IMG/VR virus record: IMGVR_UViG_3300037071_003200
Coordinates: 1 to 64,000 of that record
Source: a virus
Taxonomy: Duplodnaviria; Heunggongvirae; Uroviricota; Caudoviricetes
Strand: one strand, 5' to 3'
DNA: 64,000 nucleotides
In this document: one piece after another, positions 16,735 to 25,485 of the stretch
How the letters are laid out: every line of letters begins with the position of its first letter
Numbering within the stretch: the stretch's first letter is position 1
The notes under the pieces: model-generated
Told to the model about the DNA's origin: nothing
The model's input: only the letters and a program-made list of their open reading frames with translations
Database searches by the model: none
Position numbers and translations under genes: made by a program

Positions 16735-16869
16735 ACGGCCCGCTCCGGGGTTGGTTCGCCGGGGCCGCAAAGATTCCGAGGAGTCTTTGCACGCTGGCCA
16801 AGTCAGCTTCTCACCCACACGCCGAGCGGACCGTCCACCTACCAGTCCGGCTCGCGTGAGTGAGTTCTT

Positions 16870-16943
16870 ATGCCCGCCCCGGGACTCGAACCCGGAAACC
16901 TCCGTTTCTGAGACGGAGTGCTATGCCGATTCGCTAGACGGGC
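16870..16943 (-). tRNA. tRNA gene (minus strand); anticodon loop CTCAGAA, giving anticodon CAG but a class-I short variable arm
   Basis: On the reverse complement, acceptor stem GCCCGTC/GGCGGGC (7 bp including a G.U pair), T-arm CCGGG-TTCGAGT-CCCGG perfect, anticodon stem TCCGT/ACGGA with an extra closing pair. The D-arm is poorly paired. Discriminator A. Confidence 0.55.
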
Positions 16944-16944
16944 A

Positions 16945-17014
16945 ATGGGGCCCCGAGGAATCGAACCTCGTCCTGTCGGGTTACAGCCGAGCATGCGCCA
17001 CTACACCAGGACCC
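16945..17014 (-). tRNA. tRNA gene (minus strand); anticodon loop CTGTAAC, giving anticodon GTA (Tyr-type) with a short variable arm
   Basis: On the reverse complement, acceptor stem GGGGTCC/GGGCCCC (7 bp), D-arm GTGT-AGTGGCGC-ATGC, T-arm CGAGG-TTCGATT-CCTCG perfect, discriminator A. Lies 1 nt from the neighbouring tRNA. Confidence 0.55.
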
Positions 17015-17216
17015 CGTGGGGGCTAGGGAAGGCGCAGATACAACCGGCGAACCACGGCGCGAGCGTATCGAGGAATGGGCGCCGGCGCAACCGTGGAAGC
17101 CTCCCGAAGGAGTGTCCCGTCCGCAGTTAGCGTCGGCGCCCGCATGCAGTCTAATCCGACCCGAGGGTGTATATTTACCTCTGTCCCGTTCGTAATCGAA
17201 CCGATGGAGGTTTGTG

Positions 17217-18185
17217 ATGGGTTGGATCGTTCTCACGGTGCTCGCCGTGATCCTGTTCTGGGTTGGAATCGGTATCTGGGTCTACGCACGCAAGCGCGAT
17301 GCGGTTCTCGAGGCCGAGGGCCGCACATCTTCAGATCTCATGCCATCCGGGCTCGGGCTCTACGCCGCGATCGGGGTCGGCATCTGTTGGGTCTTCATGT
17401 CCTTCTTCTTCATGGTCCACACGGTGGGCCAGCGGGAGGTGGCGATCGTCTACAACTTCTCCGGCACGATCGCGGGGAAGAAGGATCCCGGAGTCGTGAC
17501 CACGTTCCCCTGGCAGCACGTTCGCAAGGAGAACGTCGGCATCCAGCACACCGAGTACGACTTTGGCGCGAACAACTCCGCTGTCTCCAAGGACCAGCAG
17601 AAGATCTTCGCGAAGCTGGCGGTCAACTACCAGATCGACTCCGTGAACGTCGTCGACCTGTACGAGCGGGTCGGGCCCTCGTGGAAGGACATCATCATCG
17701 AGGCCAGGGTGCCGCAGGTGTTCAAGGAAGTCACTGCGACGTTCCCGACGCCGAAGATCACCGAGGAGCGGGCCGAGCTGCGCGAGCAGACTCGCACGCG
17801 CCTCATCGCCGAGCTCAACCAGTACGACATCAAGGTGGTCGACGTCTTCATCACGAACCTCGGCTTCTCCGATCAGTACTCGCAGGCGATCGAAGAGAAG
17901 CAGCAGCAGGTTCAGGATGCGCAGCGTGCCGAGGCCAAGGTCAAGCAGGTCGAGGCCGAAGCTCGCCAGAAGGTCGCGCAGGCCGAGGGTGAGGCGAAGT
18001 CGAACGTCGCTCGCGCTCGTGGTGACGCTTCTGCCAACCGTCTGCGTCAGCGCTCGCTGACCCCACGCCTGATCCAGTGGGAGGCAATCCAGAAGTTGAA
18101 CCCCAATGTCCAGATCATCGTCTGCCCGCCGCAGTCGGTCTGTATCCCGAACTCGGCTGTCGTGCCGAACCCAGGAGGCAACTGA
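17217..18185 (+). CDS. SPFH / band-7 (stomatin-prohibitin-HflK/C-like) membrane protein
   Basis: ATG at 17217 with a GGAGG 7 nt upstream. N-terminal transmembrane helix, then an SPFH-like core (EVAIVYNFSG...VNYQIDSVNVVDLYE...) and a long Ala/Glu/Gln-rich coiled coil (QQQVQDAQRAEAKVKQVEAEARQKVAQAEGEAK). Confidence 0.75.
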   Translation: MGWIVLTVLAVILFWVGIGIWVYARKRDAVLEAEGRTSSDLMPSGLGLYAAIGVGICWVFMSFFFMVHTVGQREVAIVYNFSGTIAGKKDPGVVTTFPWQHVRKENVGIQHTEYDFGANNSAVSKDQQKIFAKLAVNYQIDSVNVVDLYERVGPSWKDIIIEARVPQVFKEVTATFPTPKITEERAELREQTRTRLIAELNQYDIKVVDVFITNLGFSDQYSQAIEEKQQQVQDAQRAEAKVKQVEAEARQKVAQAEGEAKSNVARARGDASANRLRQRSLTPRLIQWEAIQKLNPNVQIIVCPPQSVCIPNSAVVPNPGGN

Positions 18186-18283
18186 TGATCCTTCCGACGA
18201 ACGTCGATGCTCTGCTCAGGGACATGCAGAAGCTCGTGCAGACCGCCACTCGTCTGCTCACAAAGCTGGAGGAGAAGCTCTGA
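18185..18283 (+). CDS. Small peptide (32 aa)
   Basis: TGATG overlap with the SPFH gene. MILPTNVDALLRDMQKLVQTATRLLTKLEEKL. Confidence 0.3.
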   Translation: MILPTNVDALLRDMQKLVQTATRLLTKLEEKL

Positions 18284-18615
18284 TGCTCACGAAGCTCCGC
18301 GCCAGCCTGGACGATCCGTGGACTAAGGGCCTCGTCATCGCGGCAGTCGTCCTCGCCATCCTCGCCATCGTCCTCCTCCTCGCCGGGTGCGGGGAGGAGG
18401 GGGCGGAGGGAGCCAGCGGCGGTTGCACCGGAACGGTCACGAAGACGTACACGGAGTACAAGGCCGGGGTCGGGATTCAGTCCGGCAGTGTCACCATCCC
18501 GACCGGAAACACGCGCTACTACATCGCCGTCAAGCGCGACGACGGCACCTACTGCTCACAGCGACTCGACAAGAGCGAATGGCTCGCCGTCACGGAAGGA
18601 GACACCTATGGGTAA
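18283..18615 (+). CDS. Putative lipoprotein
   Basis: Signal peptide ending in lipobox LLLAGCG (Cys at about position 35). 110 aa. Confidence 0.5.
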   Translation: MLTKLRASLDDPWTKGLVIAAVVLAILAIVLLLAGCGEEGAEGASGGCTGTVTKTYTEYKAGVGIQSGSVTIPTGNTRYYIAVKRDDGTYCSQRLDKSEWLAVTEGDTYG

Positions 18616-18754
18616 GAGATTCCTGAGAGCGCTCGCGGAGTTCTTCAACCCGCGTGACTGGGTCCCCACGTTCCCGATCGTGCGCAAGCACGACCCGGAC
18701 GCTCAGGGCTACCAGACGTTCGGGGAAGCGCTGCGCGGGTTCAAGAAGGACTGA
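18608..18754 (+). CDS. Small hypothetical protein (48 aa)
   Basis: ATG at 18608 overlapping the end of the lipoprotein gene. Confidence 0.3.
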   Translation: MGKRFLRALAEFFNPRDWVPTFPIVRKHDPDAQGYQTFGEALRGFKKD

Positions 18755-18756
18755 CC

Positions 18757-18990
18757 ATGTGGCCCTTCAGGAAGAAGAAGAGGCGCTCAAGCGACCCACC
18801 CGCCTCCGGGATCGCCGGTGACGTCGCTGACGCGATCATCATCAACGAGATCTTCGCTCCTGGCTCGACCGCGGCTGCGCTCGGTGCTGTCGCGGATGCG
18901 GCTGGAGCAGTGGGCGGCGCGGCCGTCGATGTGGCGGGTGCCGTCGCCGAAGTCGCTGGCGAAGCTCTGGACGGAGGGTTCGATGGCTAG
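18757..18990 (+). CDS. Ala/Gly-rich small protein
   Basis: 77-aa ORF. The basic N-terminus MWPFRKKKRRS is followed by an Ala/Gly/Val-rich region. Confidence 0.35.
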   Translation: MWPFRKKKRRSSDPPASGIAGDVADAIIINEIFAPGSTAAALGAVADAAGAVGGAAVDVAGAVAEVAGEALDGGFDG

Positions 18991-19114
18991 GGTCATGGAG
19001 CTCTTCGTGATCGTCAACGCGGCCTGCGGCATCGCGGCCTTCGTGATCGCGAAGGGGATGATCAAGCGAGCGAAGCGCAAGATCACCGGAGAGGACGAGC
19101 GATCCGGCCCTTGA
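18983..19114 (+). CDS. Small membrane protein (43 aa)
   Basis: MARVMELFVIVNAACGIAAFVIAKGMIKRAKRK is one transmembrane helix with a basic tail. Confidence 0.3.
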   Translation: MARVMELFVIVNAACGIAAFVIAKGMIKRAKRKITGEDERSGP

Positions 19115-19674
19115 CCGAAGCTCTCCTTCTCGCCCCGCACGGCGACGACGAGACCCTCTTCGCAGCGTTCACGTGCATGCGCTACGGCAAGCGCATGCAC
19201 GTGATCGTCTGCACCCAGGACGCCGATCCGGCGATCCGCGGCGTTCGCTCGATGGAGACGAAGAGAGCCATCAGTCTCCTCGGTTGCACCCATCACGAGT
19301 GGCCCATGTCGGCCGACGAGCCCAACTGGGATTCCGCGAAGGAATGGCTGGGAGCGTGGGCCTCCGACAAGCTGTTCGCGACGAGAATCGAGAAGGTGTT
19401 CGCGCCGGCGATCGAAGTCGAGGGCCACGAGCAGCACAATGCTGTCGGACTCCTAGCCCAAGATGTCTTCGGTGATCGCGTCACGCACTACCTCACCTAT
19501 GGCCCTCGTGGAGAGCGCTCCCAGCACGGCGTGGAGGTCGCACCCCCGACGGCGCACGAGATCGTTCGCAAGCTACGAGCTCTGTCCTGTTACGAGTCGC
19601 AGATCACGAACCCTTGCTCCATGCCCTGGTTCTTCGATCTGCTTGACATGAGAGAGTGGTGGGCGGCGGAATGA
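19111..19674 (+). CDS. PIG-L / LmbE-family N-acetylglucosaminyl deacetylase
   Basis: N-terminal zinc motif LLLAPHGDDETLF (the H-x-D-D-E signature) and a later HEQHNAVG motif. 187 aa, the typical size. Confidence 0.7.
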   Translation: MTEALLLAPHGDDETLFAAFTCMRYGKRMHVIVCTQDADPAIRGVRSMETKRAISLLGCTHHEWPMSADEPNWDSAKEWLGAWASDKLFATRIEKVFAPAIEVEGHEQHNAVGLLAQDVFGDRVTHYLTYGPRGERSQHGVEVAPPTAHEIVRKLRALSCYESQITNPCSMPWFFDLLDMREWWAAE

Positions 19675-20072
19675 GCGGTCGCGAGCTGGTTGTCACCCGT
19701 CACGCGGTCGCGGCCTACTCTCGACGGCGCAACGACGCACGCTCACTGCGCCTGCTCGCCGCTGTCAACTGGAACCCAGACATCGTGCGCAGGTCGTACG
19801 GCGCGGAGACCGCCGACAGGCTCATCATCTTCTACAACGAGCTCGAGCGCGAGATCGCCGAATGTGTCCAGTACGCGCTGGACAACGGACTCACCGAGAG
19901 GCGCAAGCCTCCAGGCTTCGTTCTCTACAGGCGCAAGCGCGATGCCTTGCCCGATGGGCAGAGGTTCGTTCGCTGTGAAGAGGACTCGCCGTACGGCTTC
20001 ATCGTTCAGCGCGACCCCGGCGGGAAGGACGTTGTCCTGACGACCATCTCTCGCGTGGGGGTGCGGAAGTGA
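19671..20072 (+). CDS. Hypothetical protein
   Basis: 133-aa ORF, ATGA/GTGA-coupled. Confidence 0.45.
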   Translation: MSGRELVVTRHAVAAYSRRRNDARSLRLLAAVNWNPDIVRRSYGAETADRLIIFYNELEREIAECVQYALDNGLTERRKPPGFVLYRRKRDALPDGQRFVRCEEDSPYGFIVQRDPGGKDVVLTTISRVGVRK

Positions 20073-20596
20073 GTCTCCGCGACCTGGAGCGCGAGTCGAT
20101 CCGCAGCTTCGTCGCGCAGGCGGCATCCGAGGGCTACCTGCAGAGCGCTGTCCTCGATTACGGCTGCGGCAAGCAGCCCTACCGTGAGATCGTGGAGGCG
20201 CAGCTCCCGCTGGGCGGGGTGTATCAGCCCTTCGATCAGCAGCGCTTTCCGGGGAACGTCTCCGGCGAGAACATCGGTGAGGGTGATCCACTCATCATGG
20301 AGGGGTGGGGCTCGATCCTCTGCACGCAGATCCTTCAGTTTGTCCCTGACGTGGAGGGTCTGCTCGGCAGGTTCTGGCACGTCCTGCGCGAGGGCGGCCA
20401 TCTCGTGATGACGTACGTGACCAATTGGGCCGAGGTTGAGCCGGGTGATCTTCATCGCCACACGAGAGCGGGCATGGAGCGACTGCTGATCGAGTCCGGA
20501 TTCAAGATCATCCAGCACACACCTCGGGAGATCGCCGCGGTCACGCTCGACGGCGAGAACCTGTACGCCGGGTACGGGGTGGTGGCCCGCGCCTGA
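20069..20596 (+). CDS. Class I SAM-dependent methyltransferase
   Basis: Motif I VLDYGCGKQPY and the post-II region VLREGGHLVM. 175 aa. Confidence 0.7.
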   Translation: MSLRDLERESIRSFVAQAASEGYLQSAVLDYGCGKQPYREIVEAQLPLGGVYQPFDQQRFPGNVSGENIGEGDPLIMEGWGSILCTQILQFVPDVEGLLGRFWHVLREGGHLVMTYVTNWAEVEPGDLHRHTRAGMERLLIESGFKIIQHTPREIAAVTLDGENLYAGYGVVARA

Positions 20597-21015
20597 TGTG
20601 CTTCACCTGCACCCTCGAAGAGGTCACCGGGATCGACTCCCAGGACTTGGAGGATGGTTGGACGCCGGACATCGTCGCTGCCGTCCAGTGGCCTGCGGTC
20701 ACCGACGACATGAAGCTCCTTGCTCGCCTGCGCTGGGTGCTCTACGAATGCACGAGCGCCTGCACGGGCGGGCCGATGCACATCTTCACCGACGACTACA
20801 ACATCGAGGACTCCAACCTCGACTTCTGCGAGAAGGACACCCTCAACGACACGCACTGGGGCGTGACCGACTACCCAGACTGGCCGCTGGTGAAGGCGCT
20901 CACGCTCCGGATGATCGAGCTCGCGCGGCCGATGAACAACGCCGAGCGAGTCGTCTCACTGTCTCTGTCCTGGGGTGAGCTACAGCTCGACACGAACGGA
21001 AAGGTGGTCCGATGA
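20596..21015 (+). CDS. Hypothetical protein
   Basis: 139-aa ORF. Confidence 0.45.
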   Translation: MCFTCTLEEVTGIDSQDLEDGWTPDIVAAVQWPAVTDDMKLLARLRWVLYECTSACTGGPMHIFTDDYNIEDSNLDFCEKDTLNDTHWGVTDYPDWPLVKALTLRMIELARPMNNAERVVSLSLSWGELQLDTNGKVVR

Positions 21016-21191
21016 GGAACTTCATCGTCTTGCGGAAGATCGACTCCAGTGGAGTCTGGCAGGAGGTCACAGCGCTGCGGGCGTGGTCTCGGAAGGGGGC
21101 GCTGCGTCAGGTCGAGGAGGCGGGCACGCAGTTCGGCCAGTACGTCGCCGTCCCGCTCAGGCAGTGGCGTGTCATGGACATACCGCTGTGA
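21012..21191 (+). CDS. Hypothetical small protein (59 aa)
   Basis: ATGA overlap at the start and GTGA overlap at the end. Confidence 0.35.
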   Translation: MRNFIVLRKIDSSGVWQEVTALRAWSRKGALRQVEEAGTQFGQYVAVPLRQWRVMDIPL

Positions 21192-21685
21192 GCAAGATCG
21201 TCATCGACGTCGGGTGCGCACGCTACGGCGGCGACTACTCCATCGAGCGGTTGATCGAGAAGTTCGAGCCGGACGTGCTCTATGGCTTCGATCCATCGTG
21301 GGAGCCCGAGATGTACGACTTCGCCTCCAACCCCACTCCGGTGATTGTGTCAACCGAAGTGGCGTGGACACGGCGTGGACTCGTGCCCTTCATGGTGGAC
21401 GGGCTGAACGGCCAGGTGGGCGACGCCGACTTCTGGCCGCGCCTTCGCTGCATTGATCTCGCTCGCTTCATTCGCAATCTTCCGGATGGGGACGAGATCA
21501 TCCTCAAGATGGACTGCGAGGGCTCCGAGTACGACCTGCTGGAGCACCTGATGAACAAGGGCGTCGATGAGCGCCTCTCTCTCGCATGGATCGAGTGGCA
21601 CCCGCGCGGAGTGCCCGATCCTGTTGAGCGCCGTGCGTCGATCGAGCGCCGGCTGCGCTGCCAAGTCGATGAATGGCTCTGGTGA
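21188..21685 (+). CDS. FkbM-family methyltransferase
   Basis: GTG at 21188. VIDVGCARYGG (GxG SAM-binding) and LKMDCEGSEYDLLE (the FkbM MDxEGxE motif). Paralog of 47953..48507. Confidence 0.65.
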   Translation: MSKIVIDVGCARYGGDYSIERLIEKFEPDVLYGFDPSWEPEMYDFASNPTPVIVSTEVAWTRRGLVPFMVDGLNGQVGDADFWPRLRCIDLARFIRNLPDGDEIILKMDCEGSEYDLLEHLMNKGVDERLSLAWIEWHPRGVPDPVERRASIERRLRCQVDEWLW

Positions 21686-21776
21686 GGAGTTCAATTGGCC
21701 GCTTCTGATCTCCCTGATCCTGTGCGTCCTGTTCTGGGCGATGGTGGTGGGCCTCCTGCTGTGGTGGGTTCTGTGA
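21669..21776 (+). CDS. Small membrane peptide (35 aa)
   Basis: MNGSGEEFNWPLLISLILCVLFWAMVVGLLLWWVL. Overlaps the previous gene out of frame. Confidence 0.25.
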   Translation: MNGSGEEFNWPLLISLILCVLFWAMVVGLLLWWVL

Positions 21777-22429
21777 ACGTCACGGCGATCATCGTCACCC
21801 GCGGAGACGTCGACCTCACTCCGATCCTCGATTCGCTGCCCGTCGAGTGGGAGCGCATCGTCTGGGACAACGGCTATCACGGCTGGCCCCACGTCAATCA
21901 CTACAAGGACGGGAACGACTGGCGCCCGGACGGCGTGCCGGGTGAGGTGCACGATCTCTCGGTGTACGGACGCTACGCCGCCATCCAGTATGCGAGCAAC
22001 GACCTGATTTACGTCCAGGACGACGACTGCGTGGTGAGCGACCCGGGCCGCGTTATGTGGCACTGGCTGAATCAGCCGAACGCCCAGGCGGTCGTCTGCA
22101 ACATGCCGCCGCAGTTCCGCTACGGCTTCTACGAGGAGCACGCGCTGGTCGGCTTCGGCGCTGCCTTCCACCGAGACGCGCCCGAGGAGGCGTTCAGTAC
22201 CTTCTGGGAGGCGGTGACGCTCGGGCCTCTCGGGCCAACGGGCACGGACTTCTTCAACCGCACCTGCGACGTCGTCTTCACTGCGCTCACTCCTCGCGTC
22301 CTCGTCGACGTGCCCTACGAGGACCTCTCTTGGGCGACGGCCGACGATCGGATGTACCGCCAGCCCCAGCACCTGGGCGAGCGCTCGAAGATGCTCGAGC
22401 TGGCGTTCCGGGCGAAGGACGCGACGTGA
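21773..22429 (+). CDS. GT-A fold glycosyltransferase
   Basis: GTG start (GTGA overlap). N-terminal AIIVTRGD and DxD motif VQDDDCVV. 218 aa. Confidence 0.5.
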   Translation: MNVTAIIVTRGDVDLTPILDSLPVEWERIVWDNGYHGWPHVNHYKDGNDWRPDGVPGEVHDLSVYGRYAAIQYASNDLIYVQDDDCVVSDPGRVMWHWLNQPNAQAVVCNMPPQFRYGFYEEHALVGFGAAFHRDAPEEAFSTFWEAVTLGPLGPTGTDFFNRTCDVVFTALTPRVLVDVPYEDLSWATADDRMYRQPQHLGERSKMLELAFRAKDAT

Positions 22430-23019
22430 GCAGCAACCTGCGCCTCTACAACTCGGACGACGTTTGCAAGGACGGCTACCCGTTCGCCTGGCACAACGAG
22501 CACTGGCACGACGATCGTCGCTACCCGCCGATCAAGGACATGATCAGGGAGCTGAACGGACATCGCTGCGAACGCTGCGGGCATCCGTACAAGAAGGGCA
22601 ATCCGGCGATCTCGGCCGGTGGTCAGTGGTCACCGTGCGACGCGGAATGCACTCACGGTGGACCTGGGCGCACCATCGAAGTCTTGGCAAAGAGTCCGCC
22701 GATCTACCGGCCCAGTGACGACATTCCAATCATCGAAGCTCAGTGGCGCATCCTTACCGTCCATCACCTGAACGGCATCAAGTGGGACTGCCGTTGGTGG
22801 AACCTCGCCGCTCTCTGCCAGCGCTGTCACCTGACGGTCCAGGGCCGCGTTGTCATGGAGCGCGTCTGGGTCTGGGAGCACACCGAGTGGTTCAAGCCGC
22901 ACGCCGCTGGCTGGTACGCCTTCGACTATCTCGGCGAAGAGCTCACCCGCGAGGAGACGATGGAGCGAATGGAAGAACTGCTCGCACTGGAACGCGGCGG
23001 AGAGATCGGACCCTGCTGA
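22426..23019 (+). CDS. HNH endonuclease
   Basis: GTG start (GTGA overlap). CERCGHPYKKGN...LTVHHLNGIKWDCRWWNLAALCQRCH carries Cys4 plus His-Asn-His motifs. Confidence 0.6.
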   Translation: MSSNLRLYNSDDVCKDGYPFAWHNEHWHDDRRYPPIKDMIRELNGHRCERCGHPYKKGNPAISAGGQWSPCDAECTHGGPGRTIEVLAKSPPIYRPSDDIPIIEAQWRILTVHHLNGIKWDCRWWNLAALCQRCHLTVQGRVVMERVWVWEHTEWFKPHAAGWYAFDYLGEELTREETMERMEELLALERGGEIGPC

Positions 23020-23210
23020 TGGAGCGCTCACGCGATGCTGCTCGACGCAAGAGGGAACAAGCGTTTCGCAAGCGCGAGAAGGAGCGCCTGGCGCGTGAGG
23101 CTCGTGAGGCTCGTTGCGCCGTCTGCGGTTTGGAGGTAACGATTGAGGATCGCTGCAATGACGGTCTCTACCTGCACCGGGAGTGCGCCTATGCCGAGTC
23201 CTCGCGATAA
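23019..23210 (+). CDS. Small Cys-containing protein
   Basis: TGATG overlap. CAVCGL...HREC. Confidence 0.35.
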   Translation: MERSRDAARRKREQAFRKREKERLAREAREARCAVCGLEVTIEDRCNDGLYLHRECAYAESSR

Positions 23211-23406
23211 GACCCGCGAAGAGATCCTCTACGAGGAGATGTTCGGACGCCCGCCGTCCCGACTCCCCGATGATCACCCTGATGCGTGGCAGTGGGAGTA
23301 CCGCGGGGGCAAGAAGGAGTACGAGGAGCTGCAGCTGAAGCTCGGTCTCGTGAAGGACGACGGCGGGCCCGTCAAGATCGACGGCCAGGAGGAGCTGTTC
23401 GGATGA
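23191..23406 (+). CDS. Hypothetical small protein
   Basis: ATG at 23191 in the frame of ORF 23143..23406. 71 aa. Confidence 0.3.
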   Translation: MPSPRDKTREEILYEEMFGRPPSRLPDDHPDAWQWEYRGGKKEYEELQLKLGLVKDDGGPVKIDGQEELFG

Positions 23407-24110
23407 GCCTGGACATCCTCTACCTCTCGCGCAACCGACGCGAGTTCACCGAGTTCACGTTCTCGAAGCTCGTCGAGAACACGAACTGGGGTCTCGCCGA
23501 TCGTCTGATTGTCTACGACGACTCGTCGACTGACGGTGCCCTCGAGGAAATCCGATCTCGGATTGAAGACGTGCCCGTGCAGTACGAGATCCGCGAGCAC
23601 GACATGGGCTCGCCGGTCGCCGTGATGAACGACTACATCGCGTCAACCGAGTCCGAGCGCTTCGCGAAGATCGACAACGACCTCGTCGTACCGCCAGCGT
23701 GGCTCGATCACATGGTCGACGTGATGAACGAAGACGAGAATCTCGTCCTGCTGGGGATGGAGAGCCCGTTCATGGGGCCGCCACATCTCGACTGGGATGG
23801 CACCTATACATGGACGCCCTGGAAGCACATCGGCGGCGTGGGGCTCATGCGCACCGACTTCTTCCGGCAGACCGGGCCGATGGACGTCGACGGCTACCAC
23901 GGCTTCACCGGACACCAGTGGAAGTACGGTCCTCGGCGCGGCTGGATCACTCCTGACCTCATGGTCTGCCTGCTCGATCGGGCTCCGGTTGAACCCTGGC
24001 AATCGCTGTCGGAGGAGTACGCGAAGCGCAACTGGCAGCGGCGCTGGAGGACGATGCCGGTCGAGTACTCCTGCTACTGGGACTGGTTCACCGAACAGGA
24101 GGCCGCATGA
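23403..24110 (+). CDS. Family-2 (GT-A) glycosyltransferase
   Basis: ILYLSRNRREFTEFT...IVYDDSSTDG (the classic GT2 DDgStD motif) and a DxD-like KIDND. Confidence 0.7.
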   Translation: MSLDILYLSRNRREFTEFTFSKLVENTNWGLADRLIVYDDSSTDGALEEIRSRIEDVPVQYEIREHDMGSPVAVMNDYIASTESERFAKIDNDLVVPPAWLDHMVDVMNEDENLVLLGMESPFMGPPHLDWDGTYTWTPWKHIGGVGLMRTDFFRQTGPMDVDGYHGFTGHQWKYGPRRGWITPDLMVCLLDRAPVEPWQSLSEEYAKRNWQRRWRTMPVEYSCYWDWFTEQEAA

Positions 24111-24502
24111 GTGAAGTTTCCAAACCACACAAGGATCGCCGCGCCGAGGCGTGGTCACGGATCGACACAACCAAGACGGAGGACATGGTGCCGTCGTCCG
24201 AACTTCGTGGCTGGCTGGTCGAGTACGTCAGCCTCTTTGAGCAGCTGGAGGCTCAGGAGGGTGCGCTCAAGATGATGGTCATGGCCGCTGATCTGATCCT
24301 GGCGCAGCAGCCAACCCCGGTTTCGGGTGACAGTAACGCGATGGTCGTGGACATCAAGGCGGGGCTGTATGCGCTAGGGCGTGCTGTCAAGCCTGCTCGC
24401 GCCCTGCTCGCCTCGAATCCAGCTAGTGAACCGGAGCGTCCGCGTCCGAGATTCCCGTTGTTCTCAAGCGGCGAATCGAACACAGAGTCGGAGTCGGCGT
24501 GA
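24107..24502 (+). CDS. Hypothetical protein
   Basis: 131-aa ORF. Confidence 0.45.
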   Translation: MSEVSKPHKDRRAEAWSRIDTTKTEDMVPSSELRGWLVEYVSLFEQLEAQEGALKMMVMAADLILAQQPTPVSGDSNAMVVDIKAGLYALGRAVKPARALLASNPASEPERPRPRFPLFSSGESNTESESA

Positions 24503-25245
24503 GACTCGTGGCTTCGATGATCGTGAAGGACGAGATGAAGCGCTACCTCCCGCTGGCGGTAGACCACCTCCTCACCTACGTCGACGAGATCCGCGTCCTC
24601 GATGACAGCTCAACCGACGGCACCTACGAGTACCTCGAAGCGAAGGACGGGGTGAACGTCATGCGCAACCCTGGGCCCGCCTTCTTCGAGCACGAGGGGA
24701 AGGCCCGGCAGTACCTCTACAAGTGGACGCTGCAGGGACTCCCGGACTACGTCCTGGCGATCGACGCCGACGAGTTCGTGACCGATCCGACGTACCTGCG
24801 TGCCGCGATGGAGCAGGGCGCACCCGTCTACACGCTCTCCCTCGTCGAGGCCTGGGCGGTGTCGAACCGTGGCATCGACATCCGGGTCGACGGTCTCTGG
24901 GGACCGCGCAAGATCCCGATCCTCTACCAGATCATCCGGCAATCTCGAAACTGGCGGATCGCGCAGAAGCAGCTCGCCTGCGGGCGCGAGCCGGAGCAGG
25001 TCATCCAACGAGCTCGTCGCGCAACTGCCTCGGGCTCCTCGGTCATCCACTTCGGATGGGCGAACGAGGCCGAGCGCACCGTGCGGGCACAGCGCTACTA
25101 CGACCACGACCAGGGCAAGTTCCATCAGAACCGTCACCTGCAGTCGATCCTCTGGGCAGACCGGCGGGTTCGGATGCGGCGCCTTCCCTGGCCGCCGAGC
25201 TTCGCCGAGCTCGAGGCCGGGCTCACGGCCGCTTCTCAGTCCTGA
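24499..25245 (+). CDS. Family-2 (GT-A) glycosyltransferase
   Basis: GTG start. MIVKDE...IRVLDDSSTDGT and DxD motif AIDADEF. Confidence 0.7.
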   Translation: MRLVASMIVKDEMKRYLPLAVDHLLTYVDEIRVLDDSSTDGTYEYLEAKDGVNVMRNPGPAFFEHEGKARQYLYKWTLQGLPDYVLAIDADEFVTDPTYLRAAMEQGAPVYTLSLVEAWAVSNRGIDIRVDGLWGPRKIPILYQIIRQSRNWRIAQKQLACGREPEQVIQRARRATASGSSVIHFGWANEAERTVRAQRYYDHDQGKFHQNRHLQSILWADRRVRMRRLPWPPSFAELEAGLTAASQS

Positions 25246-25287
25246 GAAGATCTACTCCGGCCGATCGCGGCGGTAGCCTCCGGCCAA

Positions 25288-25485
25288 GTGCCGAAGCCAA
25301 AGCCGGACAAGAAGGACGTTGCGGTGGTGTACGTCTACAACAGCCCGATGGGTTTTCGATACACCTGTCGCAACGACGAGGGCACGGTGATCTGGGACTC
25401 GATGACGACGTTTCGCTCGCGCTTCGATGCTCGCAAGGCGATCACGAAGGCTTGGCCCGATGCGAGAGTGACGTTCGAGGCGTGA
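25288..25485 (+). CDS. Hypothetical small protein
   Basis: 65-aa ORF. Confidence 0.4.
   Translation: MPKPKPDKKDVAVVYVYNSPMGFRYTCRNDEGTVIWDSMTTFRSRFDARKAITKAWPDARVTFEA

Noticed and set aside
20184-23277. Assorted minus-strand ORFs (20452..20856, 21350..22372, 22630..23277) within glycosylation locus 1
   Set aside because: They are antisense to + strand genes that carry recognisable methyltransferase, glycosyltransferase or HNH motifs. They have no ribosome-binding sites or coupling.
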